This document shows, in pieces, positions 24,801-35,700 of a stretch of 64,000 nt of DNA. This DNA is from Stylophora pistillata (Eukaryota). The translations under genes were made by a program, and so were the position numbers. Within the stretch, counting starts at the first letter, position 1. Every line of letters starts with the position of its first letter. The notes under the pieces are model-generated. The model ran no database searches. It saw only the letters and a program-made list of their open reading frames with translations, and was not told the DNA's origin. Location: positions 40,072 through 104,071 of the forward strand of contig NW_019218027.1 of the NCBI RefSeq assembly GCF_002571385.2, read 5' to 3'.

Positions 24801-24929
24801 AAAAGTACGATCCTAAAAGATCTGAGTGTAAGATTGGCGCTTCAAAGAAAATGAACAGCCTTACACTTCATCTTTTCCCGATTTTTCCCAATTCTTTACT
24901 AAATTTGATGGGACAGCGATGGCCGCCAT
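1582..24929 (-). CDS. THOC2: THO complex subunit 2 (TREX mRNA export), multi-exon, complete CDS span
   Basis: Exon 1 (24929-24865) reads [21 protein letters not shown]. Later exons give [20 protein letters not shown]|[73 protein letters not shown]|[68 protein letters not shown] and [19 protein letters not shown], followed by a K/E/S-rich tail. The last exon (1618-1582) completes ..[14 protein letters not shown]. These match THOC2 motifs as I recall them. Most junctions were traced with consistent phase; exact tail exon usage is less certain. Confidence 0.96.
1619..2062 (-). other. U12-type (minor spliceosome) AT-AC terminal intron of THOC2
   Basis: 5' splice site ATATCCTTT (2062-2054). Branch site TTTTCCTTGAC (1638-1628). 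3' splice site ..TAAC (AC at 1620-1619). Splicing joins AGA AAA CA|T CAT TCC AAG in frame. Confidence 0.9.
2146..2390. repeat. compound minisatellite: (AATAC)n tracts plus a duplicated ~80-bp unit (THOC2 intron)
   Basis: Repeated caccacaatacataatctgt..., aatacaatacaatattctttattt. Confidence 0.85.
2919..3068 (+). mobile_element. degenerate Penelope-like element terminus (decayed hammerhead motif plus tail)
   Basis: ctctgaaaagggcttaagctcgacacatcagcttt..actctttacggtggccaatttac is shared with 5843-6013. Confidence 0.6.
4745..4925. mobile_element. MITE with ~75-bp imperfect terminal inverted repeats
   Basis: TAGACCACTTTCATAAATGGC... / ...GCCATTTATGAAAGTGGTCTA, TA-flanked, no ORF. Confidence 0.85.
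5843..6013. mobile_element. fold-back (inverted) pair of Penelope-like element termini
   Basis: ~75-bp inverted arms (ttgtaaattggccaccgtaaagagttaaaaagctgac / gtcagctttttaactctttacggtggccaatttacaa). Confidence 0.75.
5898..5931 (-). ncRNA. minimal type I hammerhead ribozyme motif
   Basis: GCT-CTGACGA-A-GGGC(CAAC)GCTC-GAAA-CG-TC-AGC: core boxes present, 4-bp stem II, 3-bp stem I, palindromic ACGT stem III. Confidence 0.65.
7994..8112. repeat. 59-bp tandem duplication
   Basis: ataacagtaatacaaaggtaact.actgtagagcttact.agaaaaacaa.accaagtt x2. Confidence 0.9.
11566..11613. repeat. 13-bp minisatellite (ACACTGGCAACCC) x~3.5
   Basis: Direct inspection. Confidence 0.9.
14255..14446. mobile_element. 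TTAA-flanked ~200-bp MITE family copy (one end degraded)
   Basis: ttaaccct..aatttctcc..ggagaataaaggaaatgatcacc..aaattctccttgtca, reverse-complement similar to 17906-18103. Confidence 0.75.
14961..15021. repeat. (GA)n-CCTTTGAGGA-(TC)n microsatellite
   Basis: Direct inspection; the same core recurs at 15760-15800. Confidence 0.85.
15500..15755 (-). mobile_element. 5'-truncated SINE, probably of the Nin/Deu-domain type, inside the U12 intron
   Basis: Minus strand ggtcggaccaacactcatggtcttaaaata..tagtcttctcggatagggacgaataaatggaggtcccgtctc resembles the conserved central domain of Nin/Deu SINEs (from memory). Confidence 0.5.
15760..15892. repeat. (GA)n/(TC)n plus (CTGCTGGT)n compound microsatellite
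   Basis: Direct inspection. Confidence 0.9.
17196..17285. repeat. 20-bp minisatellite (TGGTATCTGTTAGTCACCTG) x~4.5
   Basis: Direct inspection. Confidence 0.92.
17906..18103. mobile_element. full-length piggyBac-like MITE (TTAA CCCT...AGGG TTAA)
   Basis: TTAA target-site duplication on both sides, CCCT/AGGG ends, subterminal ATTCTCC/GGAGAAAT motifs, many related copies in the window. Confidence 0.85.
18750..18962. mobile_element. TTAA MITE, second subfamily
   Basis: Ends AGGGTTAA; closely similar to 23591-23801. Confidence 0.8.
22107..22323. mobile_element. TTAA MITE family copy
   Basis: taacctttt..cccaagatct..attctcc..ggagaaaatg..agagggttga. Confidence 0.75.
23591..23801. mobile_element. 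TTAA MITE, second subfamily
   Basis: ttgacccctt...taaagggtcaa; similar to 18750-18962. Confidence 0.8.
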
Positions 24930-25065
24930 TTTTCCTCCACATGGCGCAAGTATCCCGGATGTTTACAACCGCAATACGATTGCAGGCGCAGTATTTTCAA
25001 ATTAGGCACCGCTTTCACAGCTCAACAACTTATTTCCTACATGTATGCCTGGGTCAGGAGATTTT
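24930..25065. promoter_or_regulatory. compact bidirectional promoter region shared by THOC2 and GTPBP8
   Basis: Divergent start codons 116-137 bp apart. Locally CpG-rich. YY1-like AAAATGGCGGC (minus, overlapping the THOC2 ATG) and ACATGGCG (plus, 24939-24946). Confidence 0.7.
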
Positions 25066-28000
25066 ATGCGGTTTTTGACTTGTCATACGAAATCGTTCAG
25101 TCTTTTAATATGGAGGTCCTACTGTCAACATGTCGTACCTGGTATTCAAGGATATAACGCAGGCTTCAACCCAACCAAAAGAGCTTTAGATAGAGCAGAC
25201 AAAGAATTTGATTTGATTGGCCCTAAAGCCTCTTTCCAAGGGTCTGCTCTCAAACTGGAGGACGCTCCTAGACTTAAGTTACCCGAGGTGATGTCTTGTG
25301 TAACGTTCAATACATACTCGACCAGATATTCCGATTTATTTAAGCACCAGTTATATTGCAACTAATACCTTACAACAGCTATTCATAAAAATTGTAAGTA
25401 AATGCCTTAGTTTGTAATCTTGGACAGCAGGGATGTGAGTCACTTCTTTGTGGTGAAGACTGGGGCATGTGGGAGGGGAAGGATGAAACTGGCAATTGTC
25501 AATCCATTCCAAATCTGAACAGGAAATAATGGAACCTTTTATAAAAACAATCTAAATAATTTTACAACTAGTATATACTTAGATAACTCTTGGTTTACTT
25601 CTTTCACCAGCAGGTTGCATTTATTGGAAGAACAAGTGTTGGTAAATCATCTCTTATAAATGCAATCTTAAACAGGAACAAGCTTGTGAGGACATCAAAA
25701 AAGCCAGTATGTCTTTTGAAACCTACTACATCTATATAGCTGTCTGTTTTCTGAGGGTGCAGGCATGAAGATTGGTTCAGTATATACAAATGTATTGGAA
25801 CAAATTCTACACCTTACTTGCAGTTTCTCTGCAGGGAATTTCTGGCTGCTAATTAAAGAGGTCTGCATAATGAAGGTCTTGGTGGCTTTTTGTACATACC
25901 TCTCCCTCTGTTTTCTCAGGGAATACCTGACAATTTGGAACGAGAATTCATACCATGGTCGGCTTCAATGAGTCATCAATTCACAATGGAGCCAGGAACC
26001 CAAAGTTGTGTTTACTTTTATTAGCAACATTCACCCGCTTATGTTTCTACTTCACTCCTGTAATTCACAGACCCTCTAACTACGTCTAAAAACAAACGAT
26101 TTGAACAGCTGTTTATGTTGAGCCAACTAATTACAATGCTGTTTTTGATTTGAAGGAGATCTTTTTCCTTCCATTATTAATATTTGAGATTTTACATCCC
26201 TCCCTTAACAGGGACATACGAGGCTTATCAACTTTTTCAACATCAATTCTAAAATGTACCTGGTGGATCTTCCTGGCTATGGTCATGTGGAGGGTCTTGG
26301 AAGCAAGCGGGGAACTGAGCACTTTGTCAAAGTTGCAGAGACATACCTGAAAGAACGAGCTGGAAAAGAGTAAGTGAAACCTTTCAAGTGTTACCTATAT
26401 TAGCTTTCATATTCTCCACACTTTTTTCTTTACACTTTCTTCAATACTGGAAAAGAGAATTTTTTTTGATAATCAGAAGCTTCTTAGTGATCATCTCCTT
26501 CCTTTTTTCTAACTTAAGATTCACAAATGATGCTGTACGGAGAAATTAGAAGCCAATTACTCTAAGTGATGAAGAGGTTAATCGAGATCATAGCCATGTA
26601 ATATCAAATGTTGAGAATCAATGATTCTCAGGGGTTTCTACCCTTGACCTGTTTAAACTTTGTAAGAGAGATGTTTTAATTCTCAACAATTCATCACAAG
26701 TGTTTGAGAAAGAAAACTGATTCCACTGTGATGATTCAGACCCCAGCCAGCACCAACTGCAATTCCAGTTACTCTACCTATTAAACTAAAGAAATCTGTG
26801 ATGAACTTGAGTTATACACATTCAGTAGAAATGATAACGTGTTTCAGACATTTGTTACTGACAGAACAAAGAAAAATCAGGTTTCTTAATAGGTATTAGC
26901 ACCTCATGCTTCTTTTGTAGATGATACATAGAGACACAAAAGAACTTACTGATATACATATTTGTGTTATTAATGATATCATTAATAGTTATTGATATTG
27001 ATTATCATCAGGTTGAGGAGTGTTTGTCTTCTGATTGATGGAAAAGTTGGAGTGAAGAAAAACGATCTCATTGCGTTTGAAATGATGGGAGAATTTGGTG
27101 GTCCTTTTCAAGTAAGTTTTTGTTGTTTTTTCTTTTAACAGTGCTATTGGGTATGACTCATACAAGTTGTAGACCCAATAGGGTTGGTGTGAATGGGACA
27201 CAAGGACCCATGCAAGACACTGCCCTTCAGAGACACTGTGCAAGAGAAGTATGCCCAAGAACATAATAGGTTGACCTGTGCCTCTTGACCTGGAGTCACA
27301 AAAGAAATCTGTGTTGAACTTGATTTATACACATTAAGTAAAAATTTTCATGAGGATAATGAAATATTTTAGGAAAAAAAATGAGCTCACTGCTGTTTTT
27401 TTAGTAGATAACAATGCAAGGGTTTTATTCACTTTTTGCATATGCAGCTGCTGATGGTGTCATAGGCAGCTGCACATGGAAAAGGGGCCATGAGGCAAAA
27501 CCCAAACAGGATAGCCTGGTGGCAAAATAACCCTTAAAATCTTCAGAGTGACCAGCAACTAATTTCTCCTTACTGTAATTACTGCTGAATCACTTAGTAA
27601 AATCATGAGAATAATAAAAATGATCGCCAACCAAAGATGCTTTGATTGTTAAACAAATTCTCCTTGTCATTACCAAAGGAAATGCATAGAGATGAGTATG
27701 GAGAATTTTTTAACTGATATCAGGGTGAAACAGATGGCAGTGGGGGTCGTATAGGGTAGTTGAGAGCCAGTCACTGGCTTTTAATGAAACCCCAGAAAAA
27801 TTGACCAAAGAGAAAAATTTATTTGATTTGCAGCCAAATATTTGAAGAATAAAGTGCATGACCAAAAATATTAACAGTTGTGGGAGATGGTAGTTTGTTA
27901 ATGTGTAGTCCTATTTCTTATTTCTTAATTTTCATAGCTCCTGTAACATTGTGACTCCTAGGTGATTTTGACAAAAATGGACAAACTTCCAAAGCCAAGA

Positions 28001-28646
28001 CACCAGGAAGTAATTGAAGCAGTCTACAAAATCAAAGAACAGTTTTCACTAGACAATTGTTTTCCCCATGTTTTTGCTGTAAGGTGAGACAACAGAAGTG
28101 AAAATAAAAAGTACTGTGGTGCAAAGATGCTTGAAGGTTAAGCCATTGCCTTTTTTTGCGACCAGAGTTCATGTGGGAGTTTTCAGCAGTTGAGCTTCAA
28201 CACTGAGGAGGCATATCTGCTTGTTTTTACTTAGGTTTTGCCATCTTCATTTTCGGGCAACACTCATACTAAACACCAGCTATGAAAATGAATGGTTATG
28301 CCAGAGGTAACAAAATTTTTGTTGGGGTGACTAGGTTAATTTCTCTCTTAGGAAAGTCTTTTTGCAGACACCGCAGTTTTCTGAGACCAGACCAATCTAG
28401 CATCAGGAATATATTGATTAACTCTTTAAATCCTAGGAGTGATCAGCATCTGATTTCTCTTTACAGTATAACTGCCAAATTGTTCATGTAGATTATGAGA
28501 ATGAAGGAAATGATCAGCAACCTAAGATGCTTGCATTGTTAAGCAAATTATCCTTGTTTTTCAGTTCCACAGAGAAGACAGGATTGTCAGAATTGAGATA
28601 TTTCATCAGTCTAAACGTGGGAATAAAAAACAGCGAAAAATGGTAA
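25066..28646 (+). CDS. GTPBP8: GTP-binding protein 8 (EngB/YihA/YsxC family GTPase, probably mitochondrial); exons 25066-25287, 25614-25706, 26212-26369, 27012-27111, 27962-28083, 28565-28646 (~258 aa; alternative start 25045)
   Basis: [10 protein letters not shown]|[17 protein letters not shown] (G1), TSKKP|GHT (G2), LVDLPGYG (G3), ILTKMDK (G4), FAVS|[14 protein letters not shown] (G5). All introns are GT-AG with consistent phases. The N-terminus is basic and hydroxylated, like a mitochondrial presequence. Confidence 0.92.
26400..26581. mobile_element. TTAA MITE family copy (degenerate)
   Basis: atattctcca..gagaattt..tgatcat..ggagaaattaga..aagaggttaa. Confidence 0.65.
27527..27730. mobile_element. 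TTAA MITE family copy
   Basis: taaccctt..gagtgaccagcaactaatttctcc..aaacaaattctccttgtca..atcagggtg. Confidence 0.75.
28418..28557. mobile_element. truncated TTAA MITE abutting the last GTPBP8 acceptor
   Basis: ttaactcttt..gagtgatcagcatctgatttctc..gaaatgatcagcaacctaagatgc..caaattatccttgt, aligns by eye to 27527-27667. Confidence 0.75.
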
Positions 28647-28917
28647 ACGAAACTGATCGAGGACTGTCAGATGTACTCGCCAGAGGAGCAATCTTCTAGT
28701 CGTGAAGTTGTTGTATTGCAAAAGTTCGTCATCCATAAAGATATAATAAAATAAGGCTTAATGGGGGCTAAGACAGAACAACCACATTGGTCCTTGAGTT
28801 CCAAGGACGAGAAATAAAAAAGGGACCAAAGGACTGAAATATTTATACTCGTGTGGATGAATAACTTGCGGATGAATGTGGTGTATTCTTCAAAGGGGCA
28901 TCCCGTTAACTAAAGTG

Positions 28918-29063
28918 TAGCTTGCAGAACAGGCGCCATTTTTTGGGGGGCGTTTTTTCAGGCAAGTGGAAGCGAGCGCGAGCCAAGTGTCTCGCTACCC
29001 GCGCACATGCTGGCCTCGTCTCGCCTGATAAACGCCAAAACACGGCGCCCATTTTGGATGCTG
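28918..29063. mobile_element. short GC-rich MITE-like element with degenerate TIRs
   Basis: tagcttgcagaacaggcgcc ... ggcgcccattttggatgct. Confidence 0.45.
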
Positions 29064-29799
29064 ACCGAAATGGGCTTACAAAGTGACAATAGATTTAGAC
29101 ACCAAAAATTGGTTTATAATTTTATCATAAAAAATGAAAAAGCACTGCGCGAATGGTTCTCCTAAAGGCCTCGGAAAATTATATTATCGGTAAGAATGAT
29201 CGATTCTCATTACACACAACTCATACAAAACATACTTTAATCAGCATTCATCAACGATCGCGCTCATTTTTTACAAATATAACTTTTTTGTATTCTGCGA
29301 GTGGTAAAAGCCGTTTAATTATAACACATGCAGATCGTATAAAAACAAACCCAGGTAAGTCCCCAAGTTAATGTCATTCGTCGATCCAAAAGAACGAAAA
29401 ACAACATGTTAGGATAATAAAGGACTGTGACCATTGAAAACGCTAAGAGTATAGTAACACGAGAGAGACGTAACGTAATGATGAAAACGTATGGTAAAAG
29501 AGCTTTAAATCCCTTGAAAATTGCTTCAAATTGAAGTTTTCAGTGGATAAATAATTTCCTTGTTCTCGTCTTCACAGAAAACTTAATACAATTTTTTAAA
29601 AAAAAACTCCAAACTCATCTAAAAGCATCATCTGTAAAGTTTCTATCTGAGTCAAACATTTTTCTCTCGTACAGTAATCTAAAAACACGCTATATTGCTA
29701 TATACACCATTTTTGGCTCACTTGGCTTGGTAAATTCAAACCTTTTCTTAATAAATAAATAAAATGTTCCCTAGGAAAATAACTTCATCTCTTGCTCTA

Positions 29800-32700
29800 T
29801 CAAACATACTCTTCGTCCTTGTTCTTTGTAGCATTCGTAGAATCTTTCAGCTGTGCAATGTCTTTATACACTCCGCGAAGATTGTGATACCTCAGACCCC
29901 AGTTTAACACATCATCCCAGTTGAATAAATCTTTCTTGCCATTCGTTGGTTTATTGTTCAAAGCGTTTGGTAAAATTTCATCATCGCTCAGATTCAAAGT
30001 ACTTAGTGATCCTCGGTTTGACGCTCGTCCCTCGTTCGGTTCTCTCCTCGAAGTATTTTCGTTCTCCCCATCCCCATTGACAAGCTTGGAGAATATCATA
30101 CTACCACGTTCATTATCTTCTCGGCTGGGTTCATCGTTGTCGTATTCAAACTCGCTACACGTAAAAGTATCGTCGGAACTCTCGCTAGAAGTGTCGGGGG
30201 CGTCGGGAACTTCGAGAACGCTTGACAACTTATCGATTGTCGGGGCATCTTCGTCACTTACTGAGGACACAGCATCGAGTAAGCTTCCTGATGGTGCTTG
30301 CCTTCGAAGTTTCTCGATTTCTACTGCTGATAATCCTCGTGGTTCTTGGCGGTTCAACGAATGGTCTTTGAACATATTTGGATCATATTGGTAAGACACT
30401 TCACTATAGCCAAGGCTCGCTACCTCAATATCATAGTGTTCTAGTCTTTCAGAGTTGTTATCATCGGATCTGTGACCGGCATCGGAGAAGTCCGCAGGTT
30501 CGTCGCTGCTCGAAGAACCCAGCGAACCTTTTCGAAAGCGTCGCGAAGATTTCGTTGGCTGCGTGGAGGGTACACGCAATCTTGGATCCAGGATACTTCT
30601 AGATAACGGTTGCCGCTTGTCCGTGCCATGCCTAAAGTGAGGGTTCGGAATTTTCCGCTCACGATTCCTCGATCGATTATTTGTCGGTGCCGATCGTATG
30701 TGGTCCTTTTCCAGTGGTGTGCTTCGATGATTCGGCGTTCGTGACAGCCTTGATACATCTCCAAGACCAACAGGCACTTCCTTATTCAAAGCCACATCGT
30801 TACGCATGATAAATTCCCCGTCGGATTCGGAGAATCCTGGGTCGAGTTTCTCCTGGGATCTCGTAAGTTTGATCTGATAATCTTCCGGAGCTCCGACGTT
30901 GTGTATCACAATGTCCTTGCCGTTTTGAAGGGTAGCCGGCCGCAAATCAGTCAGCGACTTCTGACTCGGATTACGAATCACTACACCGCTGTCATCACTA
31001 CTATGCGAGGGAGAGGTTCTCTGTGAGGCGTCCTGTACATCCGCAGTCAACTCAGTCCCGGTGACAGCTGCGTCAAAACCCTCCGTTACCGTCTTGTCGT
31101 TAGCCTTTTGACGACGTCGAAACCGACGAGCGAAAATCACTGCCACGATGATCAGTATTAACAACACTGCAAAGAAAGCTATAGCTGCGATGACTCCAGT
31201 GCTTAGTGAATTGTCGTCACCATCTCCGCCTCTAGGACCAGAGGTTGCCACGCAAACTCCAATCTCTCCGTTGCACTTACAAATATAGCTCCCGTCTTTC
31301 TGCGGCTGGCAGGTCCCATTCTTTCCGCAAGGATTCGGTTTACATTGCTTGTCGCTGATACAGGTAGCTAGTTCCCATTCTTCAAAGCAATAAGGTTTTT
31401 CGGCGTCTGAGCAGGTGACAGAGGAGCAGAAACTTCCGCCACCACATCCCTCGTCAACTGAACCACCTTGAGAAGAAATTGTAGCGAACTTATTTGGTCC
31501 TGAGAACGACACGTGTAAACCGTCGATGTTTAGATCTTCCATGCAGCCGGAGAAATTTGCCAACTTCAAGCCCGACATAGACGAATCGTAACCACCCAGG
31601 AACCAGATCCCTATGTTCTTACCAAGAAAATCGTGCGCTGGACTTGCGAATGAATTTGTCCGAGGGTCACCGTCTAGCGTGACTGTCACGCTCTTATCAA
31701 CATGACTGACTGTCACGTTATGCCACTCGCCGTCAGACACACTGGAAGATTCGACTTCAAAGCTGGCGACGTTACCCTCATTTCCGAAGCTGTACTTGAG
31801 ATTGCCAGATTTGATCTGCCAGGAAACAAAAAGAACATCAGCGAAATTAAGTTCTGGGCGGTATAGGCTACAAGTGAGCATAGTAAATGTTCCAAATATG
31901 CTAAAAGTTTCCACAGGGACGCCGCCTTTCATGAAAACAACTTGGTACCTGGAAACATGCGCAAAACTACAACACGTAATCTTCAAACTAATACCATTCA
32001 ACTAAAAACATGAACAGACGCTAAGAGAATCAACAGGAAACGCAAGCGATTGTCAGCATGGGAGAATAACGAGTAAGTGTGTTTTCGCAAGATCTTAAAG
32101 AAGCTGAAAATTCATCACTGGTCAAAATGCCGTGGCAACACTAACAAGGCAAGGAAGAACTTCCATGAGAAGTAAGGACAAAGAAATTCATACGGCAACA
32201 AGTGCATAACAGTCCATGGCATAAGTCTCGGTGAGTCTTGTTTGATTGGACTTCGATGCCTTCTCAGTTCACGGGGGAAAAGAGAAAACATTGCAATCAA
32301 AACTGTTCTGTGTTCTGAGAAGATAGCAAACTAGCTTACCTCCAATACAGTGTAGCCGGAGGACACAGCTGTGGTTGAATCACTGGCGAGAAGGAGAAGG
32401 CCGTTCATGTTCCGAGTACGGAATCTGAATGAGAACTGTTCCTGGTGGAAAGTAACTGCTCGTCTCCTCCGAGACGAGATTCTTTCTTTTTCTTTTCGCT
32501 GCTGCTCACGACGGTAACTGTCCTTAAACTGCAGCTCTAAGAAGCTGTCCAAGCCAAACTTCACCGGGATTAACGCTGTAATGGGCAAGACGAACGGACG
32601 ATTGGAATCGATCAACAATAAACTGATAATACATGTTTCTAACTCCCACTCCATCCAATTGTAATTCACTGATATTAAGATGAACTGGTGTCAATTGAAA

Positions 32701-35700
32701 TGTAAGAAAAGCCCTTGTCGTACAGTGTGAGGCTTAGCTCTGATAATACATGATAATACAGGTTTCTAACTCCCACTGCATCCAATTGTAATTCACTGAT
32801 ATTAAGATGAACTAGTGTGAATTTAAATGTAAGACAAGCCCTCGTCGTACAGTGTGAGGCTTAGCTCTGGATAGGTACTGTAGGTATTGTAAATCGTAAT
32901 GTAGGGGACAAAAAAATTCACAAACTACTCACCAATCAAACTTTTTTTGTTTTGTTTTATTTTGTTTTTTTGTTTTGTTTACAAACGGCAGAAATTACCC
33001 CAAGTGAATACTCGCCCAAGAAAGACGATTCTTTTGCAGAACAATCACACCAACCTTTTTCGCAGTTCCTTCCACTAAATCCTGTCGGGCATTCACATAT
33101 ATACTCAAACCAGTAATCCACACACTTTCCCCCATTCTTGCAAGGGTTTGTAGCACACTGATCTAACCGTGGACAGCTGTCAATGATGCCAGCGGACTTC
33201 GTGGCAGTACTTGGGTCCAGTTTTATGCCATTGATGAAGACATTTCGCATACAGCCAAGAAAATCGTCAGTCTGAATGTGTTTGCCCGGGTGATCCAGGG
33301 ATTGCTCGAAGTCCTTTAAACCGCCGAGAAACAAGGGCGAGTTGTTTAAGTCTAGTTTCCTTCGGGTGAAAAAAGTCATCAATTAGTAACCAATGAAAAT
33401 GTCTACACGTGACCCACGTGACCCACATGACCTTCCAACCGCAGTTTATCCTAGTTTCTCTAACAGGAAGCGACAAAGAGTATTATTGTCCCGCCCCCTC
33501 CTGCATTTCGTCAAGCTCCTGTAACATTTGTTAGTACCCGGTTACACTTCTTGGCGGAGAGAGGCATTGTAATTGCCCAACATCAAAACACAATCACAAA
33601 GCCAGATCTCGAACCTAGAACTCTCGACCCAGACTCCATACCGCTGACCGGTTAGGCCACCGCATTTCTCACATGCATTCGCTTGAAGCGCAAAATATCC
33701 TCAAAGATTGACTCAAATCGCACCGCATAGTCCAATAATTTCTTTCTAAGCAAGTGTTCTTTTAAAAATACTTACTCTAGCTGTCCTTCGGAAACCATGG
33801 ACACTGTACGGGACGAATCAACAGTCACTTCACCAACCTACATGGTTTAAACAAATGTCGGTTTTAATAAGTTCTATATGACTGAAACACAAAGAGAACG
33901 AGCGAAGAGTGTTCTTCGTCTCCTGTAGAATCACGAATCTCTCGCGCTTCTTAAAAAAAGTTCAACAGTGGGAGTTCGCAGATCCCAGACTTTCGCATAT
34001 TAACTAATCGCCGCATATTAACTATAGAGTTAGTTTTGAGACTTTGATTTCATCAGCCATACGCTGTACAGTCTTGGTTGATTATTTAGTTTATTCTCAT
34101 CACCTGTCCTCTCTGCAAAGTATTAGTGTGGTAAAGAGAGAATATATTTCGATCACTCGAGCAATAGCACATACCTTCCTATTTCTTATAACCGTGAGTG
34201 TGTGCCATTGTCCGTCGCTCACAGACTGACCAGTTTCCACAACAACTGCCCTCCTGGAATATCCGAGATTAAACGACATCTGTATCTTACCACCGACGAT
34301 CTGTATGGCGATGAAATCAGAATCCACGCTGTACTTCCCGTCCGAGTTGTAAAGTAACAGCCCTTCGCTCTTGGTGGTAGAAAACTCGAACGTGATGTTA
34401 TTAAACTTTCCTTGCTGTTGGCTGCTCAGGGTTGGCAGTTTTAGATAGGACACAGATTGAAAGCCGATACAGGAGCATTGACAAGCTTTCCCAGAGGTGC
34501 AGGTGCACTTGGGCGGGGCCCAACTAGAAGGCGAAGACACTCGACAGAAATCGAACCCAGACGAGCAGTTCTTCCCCAAGTAACCAGGCTTACAATGGCA
34601 CTGGTAACTTCCCGCCAGGTTTTCGCACTTTCCGTCGTTCTTGCACGGTTTATTGGCACACTCATCGATGTCACTAGCGCAGGTGGGTCCGTTAAATCCA
34701 GCTGGGCACAGGCATTTGTAAGAGTGATCTCTATCCAAGCAGGTAGCGCCATTCTTGCACGGTTTAGAGCTGCAGCCTTTCTCGCTGATCTCACACCTCT
34801 CTCCTCTGTAACCCGGTTTGCACACGCAAATGAAGCGCCAATCATAATCCACAGACAAGAACACTACAGGCACTGAGTTTAATGTGCTCGTTGTTCCTTG
34901 AGTTTGAATATAACTTGTGCACTCGCCGCCATTTTGACAGGGGCTGTAAGCAGTGCAGGGTGTGTAGTCGACCTGTTGGATTTGCACGTTACCATTTCTC
35001 TCCAGATCAGCTTTGTTTTGGCTCAGCAGGTCAGATAGAGTCTCTCGCACCATGTGCTGGTCGGAAGTTGCCTTTTTCACAGCGATCGACAAATCGACGA
35101 AACCGCCTGCAATTGACTTTATACTGAAAAGCTGAGACACATGGCCAGCCGGAAGAATGCGGTTGATGGCATCTAAAAACTTCTGATAGGACCGTGCAAG
35201 GAAAGTCTCAGGAGATGTATTCATCACTCGCAACGTTACACTGCTGTTGATGGTTAACGAGTTGTAGGCGACAAAACGCACTTTAATATTGTATTCTACA
35301 GCAGATCTTCCGTCAGATCCGTTCACCACTATGTCCAGTTCAGCACTACCGCCGTACCTCTTGTTTGTGCTCAATATACAGCTTCCCGGAGTGAATCTAA
35401 ACAATCCTTCGCCATCTCGGATGATCTGACAGGTCAGTCTGTCGTCAACATCCGGGTCATTAGGTGGGACGTTGGCTACTGGCCCAGATGCAAAGCTGTT
35501 AAGGCCGTTCACGTGCACCACACGCGAGGTTGCCTGGGGTGGATTGTCGTTCACATCCTGAACAAGCATCTGACAATGTGACACAGCCTGGAGCTTCGGA
35601 TTACCATTGTCCGTGATCCTGATCGACAAATTGTAGAAAGAGATCGCTTCTCGGTCCAGCTTAGCTCTGGTTGTGATCTCACCACTACTGCTACTCACTT

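Noticed and set aside
26793-26865. GTGATGA...CTGA with flanking TCTG/CAGA, resembling an intronic C/D snoRNA
   Set aside because: The terminal stem geometry does not fit a K-turn, and a similar sequence recurs at ~27300 without the boxes, so it is probably a repeat fragment
31816-32001. N-terminal part of the 733-aa ORF as a separate gene start
   Set aside because: It is intronic read-through; the real exon begins at the CAG acceptor at 31815, in phase with the upstream FAT4 exon
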